Source: Ignavibacteria bacterium (GTDB lineage: Bacteria; Bacteroidota; Ignavibacteria; OLB7). Taken from it: DNA of 64,000 bases. The notes beneath the pieces are model-generated. The model was not told the DNA's origin, searched no databases, and worked only from the letters and a program-made list of their open reading frames with translations. The stretch covers positions 581,054 to 645,053 of the forward strand of contig JACKAE010000003.1 in assembly GCA_020635205.1 (NCBI GenBank). Direction: 5' to 3'. A program made the translations under genes and the position numbers. Below are positions 8,280 through 17,766 of the stretch, in pieces (within the stretch, counting starts at the first letter, position 1; each line of letters opens with the position of its first letter).

Positions 8280-10877
8280 ATGAAAACGGCATTCTACTTA
8301 TTCTTGACATCATCATTCCTAATTCTCATTGCTTCTCATTCATTACACAGCCAAGAGACAGGCATAGATGTCCCCAGAATCATTAGCTATCAAGGATTTA
8401 TAAACAATTCGGACAGATTGCCAATTTCTAATGGCACTTACCGAATCAATGTTAATCTTTATAGTGACAGTGAAGGCTTACACTCAATTTGGAGTGGCAG
8501 TTATGAGACTATGATAACTAACGGTCTATTCCACTTATTTCTTGGCAGTGGTGACTACCCATTTACTGACGAAACAGTTTTTGATCGACCGCTCTGGCTT
8601 GGAGTAGCACTTAACGGTCAAGGTGAGATGTTCCCTTTCACTCCTTTATCTTCAGTCCCATACGCAATGAGCGTTTCTAATGGATCAATATCGACAGCAA
8701 AGCTTGTTGATGGTGCAGTTACTGCTAAAAAGCTATCCGTGGATTACATCAGCTCTCTAATTGTTGATGGGATTTCAACCAAAGGAGCCAATCAAGAGAT
8801 TAACATTGTCGGTGGCAAAGGAGTTGCTGTGCAATACGACGCATCGAATTCAAACATCATTATTGAATTAGATAACGCTCTCTCGAAAGGCAAGAAAGGA
8901 GCAAGAACACTGGGTATTTGGGGCAACACAAATTTCTATGGATTTGACGGAGATGTTGGAAGTGGTCCGACGAATAACATTCCTAATGCAACTGCCTCGC
9001 AGTATAATGTAGTTGTTGGTGGAGATAACAATGACATAGGCAATGGGACGGACAATCCAGATTACACAGTTATCGGAGGAGGTAAAGACAACAACATTTT
9101 GAGTGATTACGGAACTATCTCAGGAGGGGAAAACAACCTGATAAGCACGAGCAGCCACCATAGCACCCTTGCTGGAGGCGAGGACAACGAAATAAGCGAT
9201 GAACACGCAACAATTAGTGGTGGCTCTTCTAATACTGCTTCCAATGAATTTACCGTAATTAGTGGTGGCTCTTCTAATACTGCTTCTGGAGTCTATGCTA
9301 TAACGTCTGGAGGATTTAACAACATTGCTTCTAATACTCATTCAGTTGTTAGTGGTGGACAAACAAACAAGGCCTCAGGGTTGTGGTCTACAGTTTCCGG
9401 AGGATATTTGAACTGGAGTGAAAATTCATATACATCAATTTCTGGTGGGAGTGCAAATCACGCATCAGGTCTAAAGTCAACAATAGGCGGTGGTGAAGAG
9501 AACGATGCCCAATCAGATTTCAGTTCAATTGCAGGTGGATACGACAACAACATATCGGCAGCTAATTCTACGATTGGTGGCGGGTATACCAATGATATTG
9601 AAGGTAGCAACTCAACAATTGGTGGAGGTAATTCTAATAAGATTTACAATAGCAGTTCAACATACAACACAATCGGTGGTGGTAGCTCCAATAATGTTGG
9701 CGCAAGCCTGACATCATCATCATATGCTTTTATAGGAGGAGGATCCGGCAATAAGACCTTGGCAGATTATTCAGTGGCTGGAGGAGGAAACACAAACACT
9801 GTTTCAGGCAGCTATGCGGTTATTGCTGGTGGAAGCACGAATACTGCTTCAGGTAGCTATTCTGTAGCTGGAGGAGGTAGCACAAATACTGTTTCAGGCA
9901 ATTATGCAGTCATTGCTGGTGGGAATCAGAACAACATCACGAGCATTTATGCAACAATTGGCGGAGGCACTGAAAACTCAGTCTCTGGAACCAAAAGCAC
10001 AATTGGTGGTGGCGAACTCAATATGATTGGTGCTGGCACTTTTATGAATACAATTGGTGGTGGTCAGTCCAATTCAATTACGAGCACTAATAATGCCACA
10101 ATTGGAGGTGGAGTTAACAACATCATTCAGAACACATCAAACTCCTCAACAATTGGTGGTGGATTTGAGAACACAATCACGTCCGGTGGCATCCTTGCTA
10201 CTATTCCTGGAGGAACTTTATTGCGAGCCAAAAGTTTTGCTCAAACTGTAATGGGAGTTGCGAATGTGCCAAGAGGGAGCATAACACCTGGTTTTTCAGT
10301 CAATTTTACTGATGCTTTCAATGATCCACTTCTTATTGTCGGAAACGGCAATGGCATCCGTATGTCCAATGCATTTGAAGTTTCATATAATGGTCACTCT
10401 ATTGTTTACGACAAAAATGGTTCAGGAATGGGAGGAGGTAGAGCGGCGGTACGTGGAGCGACTTATATGGATAACACTATTTATGCTTGGGGTGATATCA
10501 ATGATGATGGTTCTGCCGTTTGCGATTTTGGAGTTCAATCTGTTCAGCATTTAGGAATAGGCTGGTATCGCATCACATTGAACCTTGCCTACCACGATGG
10601 TACCCCTATGACCCTTGACTGTGCTTCAATCACAGTTACTCAACGTACAGATCATCTTCCACCTGCACTTCCAGTGGATCCCCCTCCAATGGGACTTTGT
10701 AGCAATGTTACCACTTCTCGATTTGATCCTGCCACTAATACCTTTGACGTATACATAACTGCCATAGGTCTTGTCGGAGCTGGAGGTAATTTCTCAATGG
10801 TATGTAATAGCATTGACCGAGATTTTATGTTCAAGGTAACTGGACGTCCATCACCTCATGCCTCAGATCCACAATAG
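8280..10877 (+). CDS. Secreted repeat protein, adhesin or tail-fibre-like (Hep_Hag/YadA-head-like repeats)
   Basis: The ORF is 865 aa with signal peptide MKTAFYLFLTSSFLILIASHSLHSQ. It has an N-terminal module (IISYQG...WLGVALNG...SSVPYAMS). The centre holds dozens of degenerate 14-15-aa repeats such as TISGGSSNTASNEF, VISGGSSNTASGVY and VIAGGSTNTASGSY. The C-terminal module is globular and ends in FKVTGRP. Confidence 0.85.
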   Translation: MKTAFYLFLTSSFLILIASHSLHSQETGIDVPRIISYQGFINNSDRLPISNGTYRINVNLYSDSEGLHSIWSGSYETMITNGLFHLFLGSGDYPFTDETVFDRPLWLGVALNGQGEMFPFTPLSSVPYAMSVSNGSISTAKLVDGAVTAKKLSVDYISSLIVDGISTKGANQEINIVGGKGVAVQYDASNSNIIIELDNALSKGKKGARTLGIWGNTNFYGFDGDVGSGPTNNIPNATASQYNVVVGGDNNDIGNGTDNPDYTVIGGGKDNNILSDYGTISGGENNLISTSSHHSTLAGGEDNEISDEHATISGGSSNTASNEFTVISGGSSNTASGVYAITSGGFNNIASNTHSVVSGGQTNKASGLWSTVSGGYLNWSENSYTSISGGSANHASGLKSTIGGGEENDAQSDFSSIAGGYDNNISAANSTIGGGYTNDIEGSNSTIGGGNSNKIYNSSSTYNTIGGGSSNNVGASLTSSSYAFIGGGSGNKTLADYSVAGGGNTNTVSGSYAVIAGGSTNTASGSYSVAGGGSTNTVSGNYAVIAGGNQNNITSIYATIGGGTENSVSGTKSTIGGGELNMIGAGTFMNTIGGGQSNSITSTNNATIGGGVNNIIQNTSNSSTIGGGFENTITSGGILATIPGGTLLRAKSFAQTVMGVANVPRGSITPGFSVNFTDAFNDPLLIVGNGNGIRMSNAFEVSYNGHSIVYDKNGSGMGGGRAAVRGATYMDNTIYAWGDINDDGSAVCDFGVQSVQHLGIGWYRITLNLAYHDGTPMTLDCASITVTQRTDHLPPALPVDPPPMGLCSNVTTSRFDPATNTFDVYITAIGLVGAGGNFSMVCNSIDRDFMFKVTGRPSPHASDPQ
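9212..9286 (+). repeat. In-frame perfect 30-nt repeat with a 45-nt period inside the adhesin-like gene
   Basis: aattagtggtggctcttctaatactgcttc occurs at 9212-9241 and again at 9257-9286. Many more diverged copies follow up to about 10200. Confidence 0.9.
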
Positions 10878-10899
10878 CTCATATATAACTGCCCTAATT

Positions 10900-10943
10900 G
10901 AACAGGGTGTTTGAGTAAGCTTTTTAACTCAAACACCCTGTTC
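10900..10943 (+). terminator. Strong hairpin terminator after the adhesin-like gene
   Basis: A perfect 17-bp stem gaacagggtgtttgagt / actcaaacaccctgttc (10900-10916 and 10927-10943) has a 10-nt loop. The 3' tail is not very T-rich. Confidence 0.7.
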
Positions 10944-11076
10944 TATAGATTCCCTTAGAACCTTCGAATTAGGCCAATTCACGTTTTGAAAAAACGATTG
11001 TATTCACCCCCTCTGAACCTCCGTCTCAATTTGTCTCTTGTCTCTCCCAAATCCTCGCCGTAAACTTAGGGCAAAT

Positions 11077-11145
11077 GTGAATCGTCAGGGAGGTGCGCGT
11101 GATCAACGCTTCGGTGGATCGCGCGCTTCTCGTGAGATGATTCAC
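11077..11145 (+). promoter_or_regulatory. Long imperfect hairpin in the leader of the PPIase gene (possible attenuator or small RNA)
   Basis: gtgaatc (11077-11083) pairs with gattcac (11139-11145). An inner 10-bp GC-rich stem gcgcgtgatc / gatcgcgcgc encloses a cttcgg-containing loop. The element is followed by actttatttg and lies 60 nt upstream of the start at 11208. Confidence 0.4.
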
Positions 11146-11207
11146 ACTTTATTTGTCGAACGAAGTAGATTTCGAACGTAGAACAACGATTTTAGAGTCG
11201 ATCCAGT

Positions 11208-13328
11208 ATGATGCACAAATTCCGCCTCTTTTCTCTTTCCCTTCTCTTTATCTCTTCAAGTTTTTCAATGCTCCTAAGCCAATCCGGAAGTTCATCGGGT
11301 GGAGAGGCCGGAGAGAGAATTGTTCCCGACAAAGTCAAGCAGAAGGAACTTCTCCGCGTTGGCGATGAAACCTTTACAGTAGAGGATATTGCCCAAGCGT
11401 GGGGAAGAACACCGGGAAAGAACGTCCCGAGTTTCTACGATTTACCGCGCGATTCAGCACTGGCATTCATCAACCTTTATGCTGACTTCCGGTTAAAAGT
11501 TCACGAAGCAAAGGATCGTGGGTTGAATAAACGAGCCGAATTTGTTGAGGAGATGGAGCGAAATCGCGATCAAGTAGCCTTGGGAATCGGACCGTTCAAC
11601 AGTGTAAGTGGTGAAGGCTATCTCTTCCAGCGTAAGCTGGTAGATCCTGGAATGCAGGAGATTTGGAAGCGGAGAAACGAAGAGGTGAAGGTTGCTCTGA
11701 TCTTCTCGCAGATGGATCCAACAAATCCAGCAGATACACTCCGCGCATTCAACCGAACTGCAGATATGCTCCGGCGCATCGCGAACGGTGCAGACTTCTT
11801 GAGAATGGCAGTCGACTCGACAGATGATCCAAGTTTGAAGAAGAATCAGGGTGTATTCGGTTGGGTGACCGGCGGGATGATGCCCCGCGAGATGGAGAAT
11901 GCCGCATTCGAAACGGCGAGTGGTAAGGTCTTCCCCGACGTGATTAGGCTTCCAGCCGGTTACGTTCTGGTGAAAGTGCTCGACCGAAGTCAACGAGTGA
12001 AGGTGCAGATTGCACACATTGTCTTGGATGTCACAAAACGGGTAGATGGCACAGATACTGATGCAGAGGCAAAAGCGGCAGCAGAGGAAGCACTCTCTCG
12101 CATCCGCAAGGGGGAAACGTTCGAGGATGTTGCCCGTGATGTTAGCATGGACCGGACGAGTGCCCAACATGGAGGACATCTCCTGAGTTGGTACACCCGC
12201 TCACTCGGCTTTGAATCCCGTCCCGGAAAACTCCCCCCGATTTTCGAAGATGCCGTCTTTAACCTTGAGGATGGGAAAGTCTCCGATGTGCTCCGAGACG
12301 AGATCGGCTACAGGATTGTAAAGCGAGTAGAAAGTCAGTTGCCTACGTTCGAAGAAGAAGAGAAAGCAATCCGCGATATTTATCGCCGATATTTTCTGGA
12401 GGGTGATCGGAATGCCTACATCGATAATGTTCTCAACAAACAAGGATTCCGTATCGACCAACCAACGTTCGAAGCTGTTCTCCTCTCTGTTGACACCACA
12501 AGAAGTGCCGCCGAAGATACCTGGGCAAACGGCATTACTCCGGCACTACGAGGGCGCACCTTCTTCTACCTCGGGAACTCCTCCTGGACCGTCGGAGATT
12601 GGATCGATACAATCGGATCAAGTCCTCGCTATCGAGCACTCCCCCTCAGTCGTATCAGTTTGGAAGCTTCAATCAAGGCAATGCTTGAGTACAAGGCGTT
12701 GAAAGCAGAGGCAACCACTCTCGAGAAAGAGTATCCTGACTTTGCACGGCTGATAGGTGAGTTCTACGATGGAGCACTCATCTTCGAACTTGAACAGCAA
12801 GAAGTCTACTCGAAAGTCAGCTACGACGAAGAAGAGGGGAAAAAATACTTCAACCAACACCAGAAGGAATATCTGACCTCAACCAAGTTGGGACTCTCCG
12901 AGATATTTGTCTACACCGAAGATGATGCCAAGGCATTCTACAAGCGGGCAACGTCGGGTGAGGATTTCGCCACACTTGCAAAGAACAACACAGAGCGTCA
13001 AGGCTTCCGCCAGAAAGAAGGAAAGTGGCCGATTGCCGATGCACGCAACTCGGACTTGGTTCGCATGACCTTAGAAAAAGTGCAAACTCCAAAGGTTGGA
13101 ATGATCGTTGAACCCTTCGCAAATCAAGGTGGCGTGAGCGTTATCCGGATTGACGAAGTAGAACTCCCTCGCCAAAAGACATACGAGGAGGCACGGGGAG
13201 AGGTGATGGGTGACTACAATGACTGGCGCGAAAAAGAGTTGCGCCGAGGGTTAGTTGCGTCGTTTAGAAAAAAATATTCTGTCAAGGTCGATTCAAAGGC
13301 ACTGGATGCAGCACTTTCAGCCAAATAG
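11208..13328 (+). CDS. Periplasmic peptidyl-prolyl cis-trans isomerase, PpiC/parvulin type (SurA/PpiD-like chaperone)
   Basis: The ORF is 706 aa with a signal-like N-terminus MMHKFRLFSLSLLFISSSFSMLLSQ. Two parvulin-like segments are present: GVFGWVTGGMMPREMENAAF...GYVLVKV and GLSEIFVYTEDDAKAFYKRATSGEDFATLAKNN. Confidence 0.85.
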   Translation: MMHKFRLFSLSLLFISSSFSMLLSQSGSSSGGEAGERIVPDKVKQKELLRVGDETFTVEDIAQAWGRTPGKNVPSFYDLPRDSALAFINLYADFRLKVHEAKDRGLNKRAEFVEEMERNRDQVALGIGPFNSVSGEGYLFQRKLVDPGMQEIWKRRNEEVKVALIFSQMDPTNPADTLRAFNRTADMLRRIANGADFLRMAVDSTDDPSLKKNQGVFGWVTGGMMPREMENAAFETASGKVFPDVIRLPAGYVLVKVLDRSQRVKVQIAHIVLDVTKRVDGTDTDAEAKAAAEEALSRIRKGETFEDVARDVSMDRTSAQHGGHLLSWYTRSLGFESRPGKLPPIFEDAVFNLEDGKVSDVLRDEIGYRIVKRVESQLPTFEEEEKAIRDIYRRYFLEGDRNAYIDNVLNKQGFRIDQPTFEAVLLSVDTTRSAAEDTWANGITPALRGRTFFYLGNSSWTVGDWIDTIGSSPRYRALPLSRISLEASIKAMLEYKALKAEATTLEKEYPDFARLIGEFYDGALIFELEQQEVYSKVSYDEEEGKKYFNQHQKEYLTSTKLGLSEIFVYTEDDAKAFYKRATSGEDFATLAKNNTERQGFRQKEGKWPIADARNSDLVRMTLEKVQTPKVGMIVEPFANQGGVSVIRIDEVELPRQKTYEEARGEVMGDYNDWREKELRRGLVASFRKKYSVKVDSKALDAALSAK

Positions 13329-13393
13329 CATAGATGAGCTTGCAAGTCCAATCAACTGCAGACGACTGTTGACGAAGAAAAATTAAGAAGAAG

Positions 13394-14806
13394 ATGAAGA
13401 GAATGACGCAAACAATGAATAGAGAACCACTGAGCTTGATGGCAGCATCCAGAAATCAAATAGTTCGTTCGTTCGCCATAATGGTGCTCCTCCTCCTCTC
13501 AATCGGCAGTGCCGTCGGCCAACCGACTGGGAAGGACTTGCTCTCCGGCGGACCGATTGCAGGAGAGTCGAGAGGGGCGAGCCAGACAGTAATAGAGAGC
13601 GTTGTAGCAGTTGTGGGAAATCGGATTATCCTACGAACTGACGTTCTGCAACGGGCAGCAATGCTGAGCGAAACTGCACAGCGAGCTGGGTTGACCGACG
13701 CACAACTTCTGCACGAGGTGTTGAACGACCTGATCTACAATAATCTCTTCCTCGTGAAAGCAGAAGAGGATAGCATCACGGTTTCAGATGAGCTTGTAAG
13801 TGCTCAGGCTGATGAATATGTTAACCGCATTCTCCGCCAAGCTGGTTCAGAAAGTGCGTTGGAAGAGGCCGTTGGAAAGAGTATGCCGGAGATCAAGTCC
13901 GAAGCACGCAAGTTGGTCAGAGAACAGTTGTTAGTGCAGACGCTTCAGCAGCGCCACTTTATGGGAATGAAGGTAACCGAGCGGGATATCAACGAGTTTT
14001 ATCGACAGTACAAAGACTCTCTTCCACAAATCCCTGAGCAAATTGAGCTTGCCCACATCTACATTGGGGCGAAGCCGAGCGAGGAAGGACGGAAGAACGC
14101 TATTGCGCTCGCCCACTCTATTATCGACTCGATTAAGGGAGGAAAAGACTTTGCTGAATTTGTTCGACGATATTCTGTTGACCCCGGTTCGGCAACGAAG
14201 GGGGGAGATCTTGGCTGGGCGGGAAAGGGAAAGTTTGTGCCGGAATATGAGAATACAGCTTGGAATCTGAACCTGAATGAGATCTCTGAACCAGTTGAGT
14301 CGAAGTACGGGATCCACATTATCCAACGGATCGACGAACGGGAGAACGAGATTCGCACACGACACATCTTGCTGCCAATTAAGTCGACAGAGGCAGAACA
14401 ACAAGCCCTTATTGACACGCTACAACAGATTCGCAGCCGCGCAACTGCTGGTGAAAACTTTGGGGCACTTGCTACGCAATACAGCGAAGATGATGAGTCG
14501 AAGTATCAAGATGGATTTTTTGCCAGAGAGGTGACCACAAAGTTAGGAGCGTACGAGTGGATTTTAGACTCGTTGGAAATCGGCGATGTTTCTACACCTC
14601 GCCCCTACCAAGTTTCACCAACAGAGACTGGTTACCACATTATCAAACTTGTGCGAGTGATTCCTCCGCACGAGTTTGATCCGGTTGAAGACCGCGACCT
14701 GCTGGAGCAGCAGGCAACTACCTGGAAACAACGGAAGGAACTCTTAGCCTGGATCGATGAGCTACAGAAGAGTATCTACTGGGAAATAAAGGACGACCTT
14801 CAGTAG
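13394..14806 (+). CDS. surA: SurA-like periplasmic chaperone / parvulin PPIase
   Basis: The ORF is 470 aa. It has a SurA-N-like segment (VVAVVGNRIILRTDV). It has two parvulin domains (ELAHIYIG...GGDLGWAGKGKFVPEYENTAW...YGIHIIQRIDE and TRHILLPIK...). Confidence 0.8.
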   Translation: MKRMTQTMNREPLSLMAASRNQIVRSFAIMVLLLLSIGSAVGQPTGKDLLSGGPIAGESRGASQTVIESVVAVVGNRIILRTDVLQRAAMLSETAQRAGLTDAQLLHEVLNDLIYNNLFLVKAEEDSITVSDELVSAQADEYVNRILRQAGSESALEEAVGKSMPEIKSEARKLVREQLLVQTLQQRHFMGMKVTERDINEFYRQYKDSLPQIPEQIELAHIYIGAKPSEEGRKNAIALAHSIIDSIKGGKDFAEFVRRYSVDPGSATKGGDLGWAGKGKFVPEYENTAWNLNLNEISEPVESKYGIHIIQRIDERENEIRTRHILLPIKSTEAEQQALIDTLQQIRSRATAGENFGALATQYSEDDESKYQDGFFAREVTTKLGAYEWILDSLEIGDVSTPRPYQVSPTETGYHIIKLVRVIPPHEFDPVEDRDLLEQQATTWKQRKELLAWIDELQKSIYWEIKDDLQ

Positions 14807-14809
14807 ACT

Positions 14810-16108
14810 ATGTCCATTGACCTTCAGAAAGAAGAGTTGACAACTAAAACGAGACCGATCTGTACTGAACGGCGGCTGAAGAACGGACTCTGGATGATCT
14901 GTCACCCAGACCAAACCGCACCGATTCTAACTCTCGATCTGATCTATCGGGTAGGGTCACGCTACGAAGAGCCGGGCAAGACTGGCTACGCCCACCTGTT
15001 CGAGCACTTAATGTTTGACGGCTCCGAATATATCGGGCGTGGTGAGTACGACCGATACTGCACAATGGTTGGGGGAGAGAATAATGCTTGGACATCTCCC
15101 GACTTGACGAATTACTGGCTAACGCTCCCAGCAGATAATCTGGAAATGGCTCTCTGGTTGGAATCGGGACGCATGTCTGGATTTGGTATAACGCAAGAGT
15201 CGCTCGATACACAAAAGAGTGTGGTAACAGCCGAGAAACGTCAGGTGATCGACAACGTTCCTTACGGAAATGCCGGAACAATTCTACGCGAACTCCTCTT
15301 CCCTCCCACTCACCCATATAGCCACGAACCTATCGGTACGATTGAAGATGTAGAGAAGGCAACACTCGAGGAACTTCGAGATTTCCACGGGCGCTTCTAC
15401 GTGCCTGAGAACGCCATTTTAGTTTTGGCCGGAGCAGTTGACCCTGAAGAGACACTCGACAAAGCGGAAGAATATTTTGGAGAGATAAAACAGACCACAC
15501 GTCCACCTCTCGCGCAAAGAACTCTCATCGATGAAAATTTTCACCATGGCTCCCGTCGGATAGTTGCCGACCCAATTACACCACTCCCCGCAATCTTCTT
15601 AGGCTGGAGAATTCCTGACTTGCAGTCGCACGATCTGCACGGACTGGAACTTCTCTCGATGATTCTCGCCGATGGTGATAGTTCGCGGTTTAGACGTGCC
15701 CTTGAGTATCAACCACTGATTGCTTCGGAGACATCTGCCTTTATTGAGGAGGGAGAACTGGGCTCGATTTTCTCTGCCTACGCTATTGCACAGAACAACC
15801 GGATATCGACAGCACGACTTGAGCGGGAACTCCTGAAGGAAATTGGTAAGACAGCAACCGAGGGTGTAACCGAAGCAGAGTTAATGAAGGCAAAAAACCG
15901 AAAGATGACAGCCATTGTACACGGATTGCTCTCGATCTCCGAACGTGCCGAACGGATTGCCTGCAACGCCGCACTCTACGAGAATCCCCACCTTACGTGG
16001 GATGAAATCAGCTACTACGAAAAGATTACCATCGACGAGATAAAAGAGCTGGCAGATCGCTATCTTCGCTCGGTTGAGCCAGTAGTTGTTGAGTATATGA
16101 GTTCGTGA
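14810..16108 (+). CDS. M16 (pitrilysin) family zinc peptidase, catalytic subunit
   Basis: The ORF is 432 aa and carries the inverted zinc motif HxxEH in GYAHLFEHLMFDGSE. It begins 4 nt after the surA-like stop. Confidence 0.9.
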   Translation: MSIDLQKEELTTKTRPICTERRLKNGLWMICHPDQTAPILTLDLIYRVGSRYEEPGKTGYAHLFEHLMFDGSEYIGRGEYDRYCTMVGGENNAWTSPDLTNYWLTLPADNLEMALWLESGRMSGFGITQESLDTQKSVVTAEKRQVIDNVPYGNAGTILRELLFPPTHPYSHEPIGTIEDVEKATLEELRDFHGRFYVPENAILVLAGAVDPEETLDKAEEYFGEIKQTTRPPLAQRTLIDENFHHGSRRIVADPITPLPAIFLGWRIPDLQSHDLHGLELLSMILADGDSSRFRRALEYQPLIASETSAFIEEGELGSIFSAYAIAQNNRISTARLERELLKEIGKTATEGVTEAELMKAKNRKMTAIVHGLLSISERAERIACNAALYENPHLTWDEISYYEKITIDEIKELADRYLRSVEPVVVEYMSS

Positions 16109-16124
16109 GTGTGAGAGTGTAGGA

Positions 16125-17657
16125 GTGTCGTGGATTAGTAGCCGCAACTCTTTAGATTGCGCCAGTCTCTGTAAAGAAATCGAAGCTCCCCTCATACTAC
16201 CTAAGCATATACATTCGAAGAGTGAAGAGTCCAAGGTCAACTATACAGTCATTCCCCTGAGTGTCCTTTTGCGTGATCGATATACCAACATCTTTAACAA
16301 TCCACAACCTACATTGATTGACCGTTCACATCCACCACCTTCTACTCAGAAGTTTACCCCTCTTCCCCTTGCGTTCGAACAGACCAGGCTGTCGAACGGT
16401 GTCCCCCTCTACCTGATTCCTCACCAAGCACAACCTTTTCTCTCGCTAAGACTTCTGCTAAAGCGAGGAGCACGGAATGATGGCCCACTTCCCGGTCTGG
16501 CAGACATTACGTGCGACCTCCTCTCAGCCGGAGCTGGCTCGCGAGACGCAATTACTTTTGCTGCCGACGTAGAGCGCCTTGGAGCAAACCTCGGCGTAGA
16601 GGCAAGCAGAGATGTTATCAGGCTTGAGTTGGATACGCTGACCCGCTTCCTACCGGAAGCAATTCCCCTTGCTGCCGATATGGTTCTCCGCCCCCTCTTC
16701 GATCCTGATGAGCTTAAGAGAGAACGGAAACAAAAGCTATCGACACTCAAACAGAATCGTTCAGAACCTGACTGGCTGGCGGCAACTGCTCTGCGCCGTA
16801 CGCTCTACGGTTCAAATCCATACGGCCACCCTATCGAAGGAGAAAAAGATTCAGTTGCGCGCATCACAATTGAAGATTGTAAGAACTTTCACCACCAACA
16901 GATTATTCCAGCCCACGCAATGTTTATCGTTGCAGGCGATGTGACGGTAGATGAAATTCAAGACCGACTCGAAGCGGGGTTTTCTGGTTGGCGTGGTGAC
17001 GTGCCATCGTTAATTGCCCCTGTGATTCCTCAGCCAGCAGCGGGAGGCCGACTCTTGATCCTGGACCGACCAGGCTCTGCCCACACAGCAATTAGAATTG
17101 GACGAATAGGTTTGTCGAGAAAAGACCCAGAGGCTATTCCACTTCTTGTACTCAACACTCTGTTGGGAGATTACTTCAACAGTCGCCTGAACAATCTGCT
17201 TCGCGAGTCGATGGGCTTTACCTACGAAGCATGGTCGTATGTTGAGATGACTGTAGACCCAGGGATGATTGTCGTCGGCACATCGGTTAGGGCTGATCGA
17301 GTTGCGAAGACGGTAGGTGCGATCTTCGGAGAGCTTGATCGAATTGCATCGAAAGAAGTTGGGGAGGAAGAGTTGGAGATTGTGAAGGGATACATTGCCG
17401 GACGGCAGGCACTCGCTTCGGAGACACCGGATCAAATCGCCGGGATGGTCACCACAATTGCCCTGCACGATCTCCCCGCTGACTACTACCGCACGTTCAT
17501 CGAACAGATACGCTCGCTCACTCCCGAAGATTTGCTGAAGACAGCCAAGCGGTTTCTCCGCTCAGAAGATATGACAGTTGTGGTTGCAGGAGATGCCGAG
17601 AAACTCAGGAGCGAACTCGCCCCCTTCGGTAGAGTAGAAATTGTTAGGAGTAAGTAG
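16125..17657 (+). CDS. M16 family peptidase-like protein, probably the non-catalytic partner
   Basis: The ORF is 510 aa and has M16 fold-like sequence throughout but no HxxEH motif. It forms an operon-like pair with the 14810-16108 gene. The start codon is uncertain (non-ATG in the track). Confidence 0.8.
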   Translation: MSWISSRNSLDCASLCKEIEAPLILPKHIHSKSEESKVNYTVIPLSVLLRDRYTNIFNNPQPTLIDRSHPPPSTQKFTPLPLAFEQTRLSNGVPLYLIPHQAQPFLSLRLLLKRGARNDGPLPGLADITCDLLSAGAGSRDAITFAADVERLGANLGVEASRDVIRLELDTLTRFLPEAIPLAADMVLRPLFDPDELKRERKQKLSTLKQNRSEPDWLAATALRRTLYGSNPYGHPIEGEKDSVARITIEDCKNFHHQQIIPAHAMFIVAGDVTVDEIQDRLEAGFSGWRGDVPSLIAPVIPQPAAGGRLLILDRPGSAHTAIRIGRIGLSRKDPEAIPLLVLNTLLGDYFNSRLNNLLRESMGFTYEAWSYVEMTVDPGMIVVGTSVRADRVAKTVGAIFGELDRIASKEVGEEELEIVKGYIAGRQALASETPDQIAGMVTTIALHDLPADYYRTFIEQIRSLTPEDLLKTAKRFLRSEDMTVVVAGDAEKLRSELAPFGRVEIVRSK

Positions 17658-17766
17658 AGTTTATGATAACTGCACAAGAGGTTTTAACCTGCAAAATCAC
17701 CCGCGGTGCTCCCCTTTGAAGAAAAGGCTCCCAGTTTACTCTTCTCTCTACACACTCCACGAACTC

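Noticed and set aside
8900-10250. The highly repetitive coding sequence of the adhesin-like gene might be a diversity-generating retroelement target or a non-coding tandem array.
   Set aside because: The repeats are in frame and encode a coherent GG-x-x-N-x-A-S-G motif protein. There is no reverse transcriptase or template repeat anywhere in the window.
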